Source: Promethearchaeia archaeon (GTDB taxonomy: Archaea > Asgardarchaeota > Lokiarchaeia > Sigyniarchaeales > SOKP01). From it: DNA of 64,000 nucleotides. Of the stretch, positions 7,866-17,812 are shown one piece after another (the stretch's first letter is position 1; each line of letters opens with the position of its first letter). The position numbers and the translations under genes are program-made. Below the pieces are notes generated by a model. That model was not told the DNA's origin. It saw only the letters and a program-made list of their open reading frames with translations, and made no database searches. The stretch spans positions 105,658 to 169,657 of the forward strand of contig JAHQWJ010000062.1 of NCBI GenBank assembly GCA_029856125.1. The letters are read 5' to 3'.

Positions 7866-9006
7866 TTAGTCCCATCTCTTCTTTGAATAACATGATAGGT
7901 GTTTTTTCCGTTATTTGTTGATATTTATCTTCTCGAAACGGTGTCATTTCTATTACAAATCCTTGTAATTTATGCTGAATTAGTAAATCCATAAAAATTT
8001 CTTCCATCGCAAACTTTATGGGTAATTTAATAGTAGTAGCTTCGCAAGAAAAGAAGTTTTGAGGGATTTTTAGTTTATTTAATAAAAGATTACAAAACTC
8101 ATCAATTTTCTTCTCCTCGCCTTCAATTAGAGCGTATAATAGCAACCCCTCTCTCGTGATTTCTTCGTATTGTAATTTAATAGTTTTTGCGCGTCTTAAG
8201 TACCTTTCTCTCAATTGCCAATAATCCTTAGCTATAATCGTGCAAAAATGAATTTTTATTGGAACTTTTGGAACGATATCACGCATGAGCTTCATTGCAC
8301 ATTCTTTACTATTCTTTACAGATGCTATTGTACCTGCTTCCAACTTAAAATTTCGGTCTTTAAGGTTTTGACTATTTGGTAAACTATACTCAAATTCATT
8401 CAAATTGATAAAATCTGCGCCTATTTTGTTCAAATAAAAAATGAATTTTTTCAAATTATCTATATATTCCTCTTCTGGAATCACAGGTACTTCAGCACCT
8501 ACAGACATACCCTTGTTTAATGCGTATTTAATCACGTTCCAATTTTCTTTTGATGGGTTGAATCTAATTTCGTCTAACCCTGCTCGAGCGAGCTTTGTCG
8601 CAATTTCTTTGCTAAAATTAAGACCGTTGGTATAAAGGTGGATATGAAACTTTTTTCCTTTAATTTCTTTGATGAATTTGATATATTCAAGCGTTTTTTT
8701 TAAGTTGGGTTCATATAATGGGTCTCCGCCCGTAATACTCATTCCTTTCGCATTAATAGCTTTAAGTTCGAGGAGTATTTGTTCTTTAGAAGATATTTGA
8801 ATCTCATTTATATAGGTATCTTTCTTACCTTTTCGTTTTTCAGAAATCGGACAATACCACCAGCAATGTTTTGGATTCTGACAGATTCCATTAAGAAATA
8901 ACACTGCTTTAGTACCCTTTAAACATTGTTGACATCCTTTAGGAATTCCTTCTTTTTTTACGTAAAATGTCTGTGCCTTAGATTCTAAAATTACTGGATT
9001 TCTCAT
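7855..9006 (-). CDS. Radical SAM protein (archaeal COG2108-like)
   Basis: PKGCQQCLKG, GICQNPKHCWWYCPIS, ITGGDP, HIHLYTNG, GLDEIRF, FINLNEFE. Confidence 0.85.
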   Translation of the reverse strand: MRNPVILESKAQTFYVKKEGIPKGCQQCLKGTKAVLFLNGICQNPKHCWWYCPISEKRKGKKDTYINEIQISSKEQILLELKAINAKGMSITGGDPLYEPNLKKTLEYIKFIKEIKGKKFHIHLYTNGLNFSKEIATKLARAGLDEIRFNPSKENWNVIKYALNKGMSVGAEVPVIPEEEYIDNLKKFIFYLNKIGADFINLNEFEYSLPNSQNLKDRNFKLEAGTIASVKNSKECAMKLMRDIVPKVPIKIHFCTIIAKDYWQLRERYLRRAKTIKLQYEEITREGLLLYALIEGEEKKIDEFCNLLLNKLKIPQNFFSCEATTIKLPIKFAMEEIFMDLLIQHKLQGFVIEMTPFREDKYQQITEKTPIMLFKEEMGLNDY

Positions 9007-9710
9007 CTTTGTAACAGTTTTTTTCTCACAATTGATTTTTCATTGGCTAATTTTTTTAACACATCTTCGGTAGTCTCGTTCATTTCAATTGATCTCTTTA
9101 GAAATACGCCTGTTTTTCCAAATTTTTCTCTCTTTAAAAGAACTCTTTTTCTTTCATTAATCAAATCAATACTAACATTCAACTGCTTTGCAGCTAAATT
9201 TTCATTTCCAATAATCGAATATTCTTCATGACCATAAGAAATTGGTTGAATTAAAACTAACCTTTTATCGATTCCAGGGACTCTAATACTATTTTTTACT
9301 TGGTTTAGATTAATTTTTCCTCCAAAATCGTAAAATTCGCTTGATTTTTTATTGAACTTAGATATTGGAATTGTTATGCTCTCTAACTCATCTAAGTAAA
9401 TGTAGAGTTTCAATGTGTCAGCGGGAGTTGCCATAATGATTTCTCGGAAGTAATTATTAAAACCGTTCTTGTCGAGTATTATTTCTATTTGATATGGAGC
9501 GATTGATTGGGTTAAAACCATGTCGATATCGCTATCGTTATGGATGTCGCCTCGGGCAATACTACCATATACATATAGATTCAAACCTTCTTTAGCGAAC
9601 ATCTCCAACAGCGTTTTAGTTCGTTCTCTTTTTTGTTGTAATAGTTGTAAATGGTTTTCAGAGTATGTAACCTTATTAAAATGATCTCTTAGAATTTTAT
9701 GTCCTTTCAT
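9003..9710 (-). CDS. Pol-beta-family nucleotidyltransferase (COG2413-like)
   Basis: YGSIARGDIHNDSDID; EFYDFGG; RVPGIDKRL; GKTGVFL. ATGA overlap with the next gene. Confidence 0.85.
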   Translation of the reverse strand: MKGHKILRDHFNKVTYSENHLQLLQQKRERTKTLLEMFAKEGLNLYVYGSIARGDIHNDSDIDMVLTQSIAPYQIEIILDKNGFNNYFREIIMATPADTLKLYIYLDELESITIPISKFNKKSSEFYDFGGKINLNQVKNSIRVPGIDKRLVLIQPISYGHEEYSIIGNENLAAKQLNVSIDLINERKRVLLKREKFGKTGVFLKRSIEMNETTEDVLKKLANEKSIVRKKLLQR

Positions 9711-9735
9711 TAGAATTTAATCGCTTCTATCTTTT

Positions 9736-10548
9736 TTACTGTTTCTCAATATATCCAATTATTACGCTTAAAAGTAATGTTTCGTAATACTTGAATGTGC
9801 TTTTAGTTTTTTTGATAATAGTATATTTGGTGTATTTAAATATTTCTTTATTATGTAGTATCTTTTTTACTTTCTTGTTTTTAAAAAATGGATTTAATTT
9901 CTCACTAAGTATCGTAACTAATTTAGATTTTGTGTTTGAATCAGTTAGTAAAGTTAAATATACTTTCAGATTGTAAGAATTTAAGCGTGGGTTAATCAAA
10001 ATTATGTTGCTACAATGGTAGTCTTTCAAAAGAAGATTCAAAGGTAAAACTTTTTTGGTAAAATCAATAACCTTATAATTCTGACTTAACAAGTTAAGAT
10101 CTTGATTGTAAAACATTATAATAGTAGGAAAAGTTTGTTGCAACTCTTTTTCAATATCAGATATCAATCGTTCCGTCAAGTTTTTATTTGATATTTTAAG
10201 CCGTAAGCTTATTACGTTATATCCAGACGTACAAAATGCTTCTGTGAGCGCTTTCAACATCATTAGTTTTCGATACCTTTTTATTAAGATTATTGTCGGT
10301 TTTATTAAATCTTCTTGCTGAAAAACGCTAGAAGTAGTCAGATTGCACTTTTTTATAGATATAGACGAAAACTGATTGTTAATATCCAGCAGGTTATCAA
10401 CTTCCCTAATCGTAGAAACATTTGAAAAAAAAAATCTCCATCTATAAATTTCTTTAAATATCTTTACACAGATTAAAAGCAGGATTAACAATATGATTAT
10501 GATAATATCAACTGTAATCCAATCAACTTGAAAGATGTCAAATGTCAT
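9736..10548 (-). CDS. Membrane-anchored hypothetical protein
   Basis: N-terminal hydrophobic helix IIIIILLILLLICV; 270-aa ORF in a co-oriented run. Confidence 0.65.
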   Translation of the reverse strand: MTFDIFQVDWITVDIIIIILLILLLICVKIFKEIYRWRFFFSNVSTIREVDNLLDINNQFSSISIKKCNLTTSSVFQQEDLIKPTIILIKRYRKLMMLKALTEAFCTSGYNVISLRLKISNKNLTERLISDIEKELQQTFPTIIMFYNQDLNLLSQNYKVIDFTKKVLPLNLLLKDYHCSNIILINPRLNSYNLKVYLTLLTDSNTKSKLVTILSEKLNPFFKNKKVKKILHNKEIFKYTKYTIIKKTKSTFKYYETLLLSVIIGYIEKQ

Positions 10549-10572
10549 AATATTTACAACGCAGCACTTATT

Positions 10573-10887
10573 TTAATCTACAACTTCTTCAATCCAATCC
10601 AAATATTTCTCAGGTCCTTTCTCGATTTTGAAAGCAACACATTCGGGGTTTGAATAACTGTGAACTTCTCCGATTTTTTGAATTATTAAATCGCAATTTT
10701 TTTCAGTGGTTTTAATTATTAGAAGTAACTCGTTATCTCTTTCTATTTTTCCTTCCCACCAATATATGGAAAGTAAATTAGGTATGATATTTACGCAGGC
10801 TGCTAATTTATTTTCTATTAATAAGTTAGCAATTTTTTTACCTTCTTCAAAATTAGGTACAGTTACGAAAAATGTGTAATAATCCAT
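10573..10887 (-). CDS. cutA: Divalent-cation tolerance protein CutA
   Basis: LIENKLAACVNI, SIYWWEGKIERDNE, HSYSNPE. Confidence 0.93.
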   Translation of the reverse strand: MDYYTFFVTVPNFEEGKKIANLLIENKLAACVNIIPNLLSIYWWEGKIERDNELLLIIKTTEKNCDLIIQKIGEVHSYSNPECVAFKIEKGPEKYLDWIEEVVD

Positions 10888-11163
10888 CTTTTTCCCTTAG
10901 GTATGATATCTGATTCTAATAATGTACAAATCAATTTCAATCTAATTGCGATATTAACAATTCATAAACAAAAAGAATTAAGCTAATAGGAAATCATTTA
11001 TAAATTATTTTTGTATAAGGGAGAAAAAATAGATTTTAATTTTAGATTGCTTCTATGATATTTAATGTAGGAAATGCTATTTTTACTTAAATGAAATTAT
11101 AAATAGGAGAACTTATATTATTAATAAAAAAAAATATAATTTTATTATAAGGAGTGGATTGTA

Positions 11164-11889
11164 ATCCTTCACAATGTTTACCTGATATCAAATTATACGG
11201 GCATTTGTTTAATCCATAGGAAGTATGGGACAATAGAGTTTAATCAAGATTTAGTATCTGGTTTTTTAACGGCATTAAAAGATTTTTCAGTGGAGTTCTC
11301 GAAAGGATCGGGTGAATTAAAAATCATTGATATGCAAATATTTTATCTCCTTCTTGTTTTTAAGGAAGGAATATTGTGCACAGCAGCAGCTGACAAGAAT
11401 GACGATGCCAAAATAACGCACAAAATTTTAAGTGATATTATCGACAAATTTCTGAATAAGTATGGAAACCTAATGAAGGATTGGTCAGGAGATGTTAGGT
11501 TGTTCACAGGATTTGAAAATGTTATGGATGACATGTTAAAAAACGGTCATGTGGCAGAAATTCAAATAAAGATTCCTATTTTAAAAATCTATGAAAAAGA
11601 CTTTGTAAAATCTCAGAAACTTCTAACTAAAAAGGGCATGGTGCTTTCGGAGGAAGATTTACGGAAAGTTCAAGACCAGAAGCCCACATGGACTTCAAAA
11701 CGTCTTCCTTCCCAAGTAATCATTCAGGGTTTTTTAAACAAGGAACAGTATAAGATTGCTCATTTAGCAGATGGTTTTCACACTGTAGCAGATATAGCAG
11801 AGGAGGCTGGCGTTCCAAAGGCAGAGATTGATGTAATGATCGATGATTTAGACGATCTTGGCTTGCTCAAGTTTATTGAAATAAAATAA
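11164..11889 (+). CDS. Longin-domain protein with C-terminal winged-HTH-like region; probable ATC start
   Basis: The upstream in-frame extension LHNVYLISNYTGICLIHRKYGTIEFNQDLVSGFLTALKDFS supplies the longin beta1-beta2-alpha1 elements. GGAGTG lies 7 nt before ATC 11164; in-frame TAA at 11137. C-terminus LADGFHTVADIAEEAG...LDDLGLLKF. Confidence 0.75.
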   Translation: MLHNVYLISNYTGICLIHRKYGTIEFNQDLVSGFLTALKDFSVEFSKGSGELKIIDMQIFYLLLVFKEGILCTAAADKNDDAKITHKILSDIIDKFLNKYGNLMKDWSGDVRLFTGFENVMDDMLKNGHVAEIQIKIPILKIYEKDFVKSQKLLTKKGMVLSEEDLRKVQDQKPTWTSKRLPSQVIIQGFLNKEQYKIAHLADGFHTVADIAEEAGVPKAEIDVMIDDLDDLGLLKFIEIK

Positions 11890-12046
11890 CGTAAATTTTT
11901 TCATATAGCCTATATATAACCCACATTTTCTAATTTCTTGAATCTGATTTGGCTAATTTTACTATTTTTATTAAATTAAATATGCTTGTCCTATTAAAAT
12001 TGGTAAACATAAAATTTATGAAAAAAATATCACTAATCTAATTAGT

Positions 12047-13519
12047 ATGAATGTGAATAAAATAGATGAAAACATCTACGAAATCCCTCAAAAAACTTTA
12101 ATGGCTCGAGTAGAAGGAAAGATCGCAAAATTTCAAATGAGAGTACCTGTCCATATTTATGCTAACGATTACATTTTAGAAAAAATTAAAAACGATAGAA
12201 CTTTGGATCAAATTTGTAATGTAGCTTGTCTCCCCGGTATACAAAAACATGCTATTGTTCTCTCTGATGCACACCAAGGTTATGGGTTTTGTATTGGGGG
12301 TGTAGCAGGAACAGACGCTTATTCTGGAATGATTTCCCCAGGTGGTGTAGGATACGATATAAACTGTGGTGTGAGAATTCTAAGAACAAATCTTCACCTT
12401 AAAGATATTGAAAGTTCAATTCCTAAATTACTAGACACTATTTTTAAGAATATACCATCCGGATTAGGAAGTAAAGGAAAATTAAGCATCAATTCCTCTC
12501 AATTAGATGAGGTTTTAGATAATGGCTTAAATTGGGCATTAGATAATGATTATGCTATAAAAGAGGATTTAGAGCATTGCGAAGAAAACGGTTTTTTGAA
12601 AAACGCTGATTCAAAATTAGTATCTCAAAAAGCAAAGCAAAGAGGAATAAAACAACTCGGCTCTTTAGGGAGCGGTAACCATTTTCTCGAAATACAAAAG
12701 GTTGATGAGATTTATAACGAGTCAGTGGCAAAGAAATTGGGAATCATTAATAAAGATCAAATAGCAATCATGGTTCATACTGGTTCCCGGGCTCTTGGTC
12801 ATCAAGTGTGCACGGATTCGCTTAGAAATGTCGAGCAAGCAATGAGAAAATACAAGATAAAAGTACCAGACCGCGAGTTAGCTTGTGTACCAGCCGATAC
12901 TCCGGAGGCAATACAATACTTGAAAAACATGGCTTGCGCTGCAAATTTTGGGTTTACTAATCGCCAGTTAATAACGCATTGGCTAAGAGAATCTTTCCAA
13001 AATCATTTTAAAAGGAGTTTAGACGATCTGGATTTTAAATTGATTTATGGTGTTTGTCATAATATCTTAAAGATAGAAGAACATGATGTTGATGGGAAAA
13101 AAATGAAATTAAACATCCACAGAAAAGGCGCAACTAGAGCCTTCCCCCCAGAGCATCCAGATATACCCCGTGATTATAAAAGTATAGGTCAACCAGTTTT
13201 AATTCCTGGAACTATGGGAACTGCTTCGTACTTATGTGTTGGGAGACCAAAAGCAATGGATCTCTCTTTTGGTTCGACAGCTCATGGATCTGGGCGTGTG
13301 ATGTCAAGATCTAAAGCAACGAAACAATATTGGGGCACTAAAATAAAGGAAGATCTAAGGAATAAAGGAATTACCGTAAAAGCCGCCTCTCCTAAAATAA
13401 TTGCGGAAGAAGCTCCTGGAGCATATAAAGACATAGATCAGGTTGTCCAAGTGAGCCAAGATCTCGGCATTGTAGAAAAAATTGTAAGATTAGTTCCAAT
13501 TGGCGTTGTAAAAGGATAA
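12047..13519 (+). CDS. rtcB: RNA-splicing ligase RtcB
   Basis: DAHQGYGFCIGGV, PGGVGYDINCG, GSGNHFLE, HTGSR, HRKGAT, PGTMG, HGSGR, EEAPGAYKD. Confidence 0.97.
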   Translation: MNVNKIDENIYEIPQKTLMARVEGKIAKFQMRVPVHIYANDYILEKIKNDRTLDQICNVACLPGIQKHAIVLSDAHQGYGFCIGGVAGTDAYSGMISPGGVGYDINCGVRILRTNLHLKDIESSIPKLLDTIFKNIPSGLGSKGKLSINSSQLDEVLDNGLNWALDNDYAIKEDLEHCEENGFLKNADSKLVSQKAKQRGIKQLGSLGSGNHFLEIQKVDEIYNESVAKKLGIINKDQIAIMVHTGSRALGHQVCTDSLRNVEQAMRKYKIKVPDRELACVPADTPEAIQYLKNMACAANFGFTNRQLITHWLRESFQNHFKRSLDDLDFKLIYGVCHNILKIEEHDVDGKKMKLNIHRKGATRAFPPEHPDIPRDYKSIGQPVLIPGTMGTASYLCVGRPKAMDLSFGSTAHGSGRVMSRSKATKQYWGTKIKEDLRNKGITVKAASPKIIAEEAPGAYKDIDQVVQVSQDLGIVEKIVRLVPIGVVKG

Positions 13520-13631
13520 ATAATTACTTCTTCTTATGTTTCAAATTGAATCTTCTAAAAAAAGAAATTTTTTTTTTATTATTTCATGATAAAATTTTAA
13601 ATGATATCGTTATCCAAAAAATATTTCGAAG

Positions 13632-14069
13632 TTAAATATCAAATACTATATCTATTATGGTGCTTTCGTGTTTTTCTTCTATATTTAAGAAAGAATAAGT
13701 TATGGCCTTAACTTCGATTCCTATTTCGTGCTTACCTAAGTCGAACTTTTCACCTTTTAGAGTAGCACGCAACTTATAATTATCGTTAAATTTTTCAATT
13801 GAATGGACACAGATTTGATTAAAAACAAGCTCATCAACATCAAAAATATATAAAAATTCAGAAAGAAAATCAAATAATAGGGCTTCTTTATCCTCAGCCT
13901 CAACGATTATTTCTCTTTCGACTATAGGAGTTATTTTTTTTAAGTTTGGGGTTATGGTCGACATTAAACTATAAGCTGTTTGCGAAAAGGCTTCTTTTAA
14001 TGATGATCCCCAACTTCTTACCTGAACATCGGCAGTATGATCTCTAAACTCAAATCCTGCTTTTTTCAT
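13632..14069 (-). CDS. Archease (RtcB cofactor)
   Basis: DHTADV, EVKAITY, terminal VFDI; convergent with rtcB. Likely start ATG 14069. Confidence 0.93.
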   Translation of the reverse strand: MKKAGFEFRDHTADVQVRSWGSSLKEAFSQTAYSLMSTITPNLKKITPIVEREIIVEAEDKEALLFDFLSEFLYIFDVDELVFNQICVHSIEKFNDNYKLRATLKGEKFDLGKHEIGIEVKAITYSFLNIEEKHESTIIDIVFDI

Positions 14070-14189
14070 GTGAAACTTAATTATTTTCAATATAGATTTA
14101 CTATAAATAGGCTCTTTTAAAATTAAATCTTTGTTGTTCAATTTATTTTTTCTAGGAGTTTAAAATAATAGGTTTGAAAATGTAATTAT

Positions 14190-14705
14190 ATGTTGAGTAC
14201 AGTTTCTAACTCATTTATCACTAATCTGCTTTTTTATCAAAAGTTAATTATAAAAAAGATTTTTTCAAATGAAGAACTTTTGCTTTTTCACTTTTTTCAT
14301 GAAACTACCAAAAGCCCCCCCCAAAATGTGATTATAGTAAAGGAATTTGTATTTTTTTTCCTAAAAAATGAAAATTATTTCAATGCAAAGTCCAAACTAC
14401 CCTATCTTAGGAAGAAATTTGCGCATAGGAAAATCGTGATTGTACGGGAAGAGGACGTACTAGTTAACTTAGTTTATGGGTTTTTTCCAGATCCTTATAT
14501 TCATACAGTTAGAATCGAAAGAAATGTTTATACCGGAAAAACGAATATAATGGTAGGTTTTCTTTCGTACGAGGAACGAGGAATAGCTATAGGAGGTAAC
14601 GGTAATTACATTAAAGCAGTTAACGAGATTTTCGAAAGATATGTTATTTTTGTTAATAGCGAAGCATTTCAAGTCAGAATTAAGTGTGATGTAGTTAAAA
14701 TATAA
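14190..14705 (+). CDS. Divergent NusA-like KH-domain protein
   Basis: C-terminal KH motif ERGIAIGGNGNYIKAV; first KH domain degenerate. Confidence 0.65.
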   Translation: MLSTVSNSFITNLLFYQKLIIKKIFSNEELLLFHFFHETTKSPPQNVIIVKEFVFFFLKNENYFNAKSKLPYLRKKFAHRKIVIVREEDVLVNLVYGFFPDPYIHTVRIERNVYTGKTNIMVGFLSYEERGIAIGGNGNYIKAVNEIFERYVIFVNSEAFQVRIKCDVVKI

Positions 14706-15476
14706 TTACCAAGGCACATCTTTTAATTTTATTAGATACGCTATAGTATTAGATATAAGGCTTACAGAAGGTGTTAAAATGAGAAGAAATATAACAATGT
14801 TTAGATCTGGGATCAAGTATAATCCAGGAAAAAAAATAGCTGGAATTAAAGCAAAAATCAGAGCTCCTATCGCAAAATCTAATTGATCTACGATCCAAAA
14901 AGGCGCTCCACTTTTAATATTGACCCTTCTTTTCAGAAAAGATCCAGCTAAATCTCCAATAGCTGCACCATAGGAACAAAAGACAATCCTCAAAAGTATA
15001 ATAACTATTCCTATTGGAAATGAACCTCCAACAAAATAATACTGATAATAAAACAATTCAGAATATAAATTGTAAACTCCAAGAGAAGCACCCTCAATTG
15101 GAATCTGTTGTATTGCGGGCCATAAAATAAAAAACAGCAAGAATAATGCACTACTTAAGGGTATCCCTATGTATAAAGGTCCCTTGACAAATCCGGATAT
15201 TGTTTTGTGATCTCCTAAAATTCTACGACCGTCTCGCCAAAGTTTACTTTTATCTAACGGTTTGCCGCCTCCGACAATAACCATTCCTGCGTTTGAAAAA
15301 TATGCGGGGACGATAAAAAGTACACTAAAAATTAATATCGCTAACCAATCAGCCCATGTAAAGATGATAGAGATAATCAGAAAGTTAAAAAAAAGCAAAC
15401 TGATAAACGTAATTGTCAATATTATAGCGAATCTTACGTTTTTTTTATCGATATCTCCCTTATTATTTCTAGACAT
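14706..15476 (-). CDS. carS: CDP-archaeol synthase (DUF46)
   Basis: PAYFSNAG...GGGKPLD, GRRILGDHKT, GDLAGSFLKRR, DQLDF; multiple TM helices. Start may be 15509. Confidence 0.9.
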   Translation of the reverse strand: MSRNNKGDIDKKNVRFAIILTITFISLLFFNFLIISIIFTWADWLAILIFSVLFIVPAYFSNAGMVIVGGGKPLDKSKLWRDGRRILGDHKTISGFVKGPLYIGIPLSSALFLLFFILWPAIQQIPIEGASLGVYNLYSELFYYQYYFVGGSFPIGIVIILLRIVFCSYGAAIGDLAGSFLKRRVNIKSGAPFWIVDQLDFAIGALIFALIPAIFFPGLYLIPDLNIVIFLLILTPSVSLISNTIAYLIKLKDVPW

Positions 15477-15744
15477 AAATTTTCCAGTAATATTAATGAA
15501 TGTATTCACTAATTTTTAATTAAAATTAAATTTTGGCAAATATAACTAATTATACTAAACCCTTAATAATATTGCTTCCTAAATAATTATCTTTTAAAGT
15601 TCCGACAATAATATTATAAACTATCGATTTAATCGCTGCAAATCAAAAAATTAGCATATTAAAGCTTTAATATATTATTCTTACTTTTTCGATTAATAAA
15701 TAAATTTAAATAGCGCGGAATCGAAATAACAACTATTGGTATTA

Positions 15745-15776
15745 TTTCAAGTGGAAAATATTTACATGGTGGAAAT
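15745..15776 (+). promoter_or_regulatory. Two ORB-like motifs upstream of cdc6 (possible origin or autoregulatory sites)
   Basis: TTTCAAGTGGAAA (15745-57) and CATGGTGGAAAT (15765-76) resemble the TTCCAGTGGAAA ORB core; they follow an AT-rich ~250-bp spacer. Confidence 0.35.
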
Positions 15777-15778
15777 GA

Positions 15779-17098
15779 GTGTTGACTAATCATAATGAAA
15801 AAGGAATGTATTCATTCAATATCGATAAATTTTATCAGAACTACTTAAAAGGACCGAAGCTTTTTAAAAATCGAGAAGCTCTCGAACCATCGTTTATCCC
15901 TGACGTTTTACCTCACAGAAATTCGGAGATCGAGAAGATAGCTGGTATAACTGCTTGTGCCTTAAAAGGTGACGTTCCTCCTAATTTCTTGTGTTATGGG
16001 ATGACTGGTACGGGTAAAACGGCTACTGTAAGGTATATTTCACAAAAACTTGCCCAACACTCTACCAAACCTCCTTGGTGGGTATATATTAATTGTACAG
16101 TAGTATCTACACCTTATAGAATCTTAGCTCATATCTACAATACGATAGTTGGTAAAGAAATAATTCCATCAACGGGCTTACCTAAAGATGTAATTCTCAA
16201 GAAGTTATTAGGTTTATTAGACCAATATATCAAAGATAGTATCTGTTTTCTTGTATTAGATGAAATAGATATTCTGATTGAAAAAAAAGGAGGAAATGAA
16301 ATCTTGTATAACTTAACAAGGTTAAATGAGAGCTTAGATCACTGTAGAACGAGTGTTATCGGCATATCTAATAAGCTAAAATTCACGGAATTCCTCGATG
16401 CGAGAGTTAACTCTAATCTTGAGGAAGAAGAACCAATTGTCTTTAAACCATATAACGCTAACCAACTCTACGACATTCTAAAACTAAGAGCTGAAATAGC
16501 TTTTAAGGAAGGCGTTATTGACGACGGAGTTATAAAGCTTTGTGCAGGTCTAGCAGCAAAAGAAAATGGTGATGCGAGAAAAGCTCTTCAGTTGTTAAGA
16601 AAGGCGGGAGAAATTGCAGAACGAAACCAAACTAAAAAAATATTGGAAAATCATGTAGAAAAAGCTCAAAAAGATATTGATAAAGATTACATTGTTGAAT
16701 ATATCTTTTCGATGCCTCTTCAAGCAAAACTAACGTTGACGGCCATCTTTTTATTGTCAAAAAATACCAAAGAACACATAATTACTTCAGGAGATATTTA
16801 TGAAGCTCATTCAGAATTAGCACAAATCATTCCAAATGTGAAACAATTGACGCACAGAAGGATTAGTGATTACATTAATGAATTAGCGTTGTCAGGATTA
16901 ATAACTGCTACAACAAAATCGATGGGTCATTATGGTCGAACGAAAATTGTAAAACTTGACATCGAGTTTAACCTAATAGAACGAATTTTGTCTCAGATTA
17001 ATAAAGTAAAAGAATATCGATTACTAGATTATAAACCGATAATACTCCAAACCGATAAAGTTAAGATAAAGAATGTAGTATTTAAAAAGCTAATTTAA
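15779..17098 (+). CDS. cdc6: Orc1/Cdc6 replication initiator
   Basis: Walker A GMTGTGKT, YINC, Walker B LVLDEID, GDARKAL, C-terminal winged helix (GHYGRT). Confidence 0.96.
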   Translation: MLTNHNEKGMYSFNIDKFYQNYLKGPKLFKNREALEPSFIPDVLPHRNSEIEKIAGITACALKGDVPPNFLCYGMTGTGKTATVRYISQKLAQHSTKPPWWVYINCTVVSTPYRILAHIYNTIVGKEIIPSTGLPKDVILKKLLGLLDQYIKDSICFLVLDEIDILIEKKGGNEILYNLTRLNESLDHCRTSVIGISNKLKFTEFLDARVNSNLEEEEPIVFKPYNANQLYDILKLRAEIAFKEGVIDDGVIKLCAGLAAKENGDARKALQLLRKAGEIAERNQTKKILENHVEKAQKDIDKDYIVEYIFSMPLQAKLTLTAIFLLSKNTKEHIITSGDIYEAHSELAQIIPNVKQLTHRRISDYINELALSGLITATTKSMGHYGRTKIVKLDIEFNLIERILSQINKVKEYRLLDYKPIILQTDKVKIKNVVFKKLI

Positions 17099-17778
17099 GA
17101 TAGGAACTTCCAATTATTAATATCTTTGGTAATACTCTCAAGAAAGTACGATGCTAAATCCGCGTTTTTTATTTTTAATAGGAGAAATAATTTCGCTAAG
17201 TGTTTACAGAATTTCTTATTTTCTGCTCTTTTAGTCTGAAAATCAAGGCAATTATGTTTTATCACTTTTTCACTTATGTTTATATCAATGTTATACGGAA
17301 TCTTTTGAGAACCTTGAACTTCAGCTTTAATTATTTTTTGTTTAGGATCGATAGATCTAAATTTGTATGCGCTATCAGACTCTGCTACTGCTCTATTTAT
17401 AGTTCCTTTATCAAGTAAAGCTTTTAATAAAATTTTGAACTTATTTACATCTTTATTTTTAGATTCATTGCTGAACTCGTTGAAATCGTTGACATCTTTT
17501 ATCTTTTCTGAAATGTGCGTTTTCCTTTTCTCATGCCATTTGTTTAACTTAAGAGCTAAAGATTTGGATAATTTAATTCGCTCATCGCCTTCTAGTATTA
17601 AATAATCTTCATGAATGGCTGTATTTATGAATTCTTTTGCCTCTTTAGGAGAAAACAGAAACAGTTCAAAAGAAATTACGTGCAAGAAATCATCTTGTTG
17701 TATACTAGGAAGTTCTATAATTTTCCAAATATGTAAAACCATCTCTGAGGTATTGCCACGTGGAATCGCAAAATTCAC
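17095..17778 (-). CDS. SWIM-type zinc-finger protein
   Basis: VQGSQKIPYNIDI...IKHNCLDF...FCKHLAKL. Confidence 0.7.
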   Translation of the reverse strand: MNFAIPRGNTSEMVLHIWKIIELPSIQQDDFLHVISFELFLFSPKEAKEFINTAIHEDYLILEGDERIKLSKSLALKLNKWHEKRKTHISEKIKDVNDFNEFSNESKNKDVNKFKILLKALLDKGTINRAVAESDSAYKFRSIDPKQKIIKAEVQGSQKIPYNIDINISEKVIKHNCLDFQTKRAENKKFCKHLAKLFLLLKIKNADLASYFLESITKDINNWKFLS

Positions 17779-17812
17779 TTAAAGCACCTAATACAATTAA
17801 AAGTAGAAGAAT

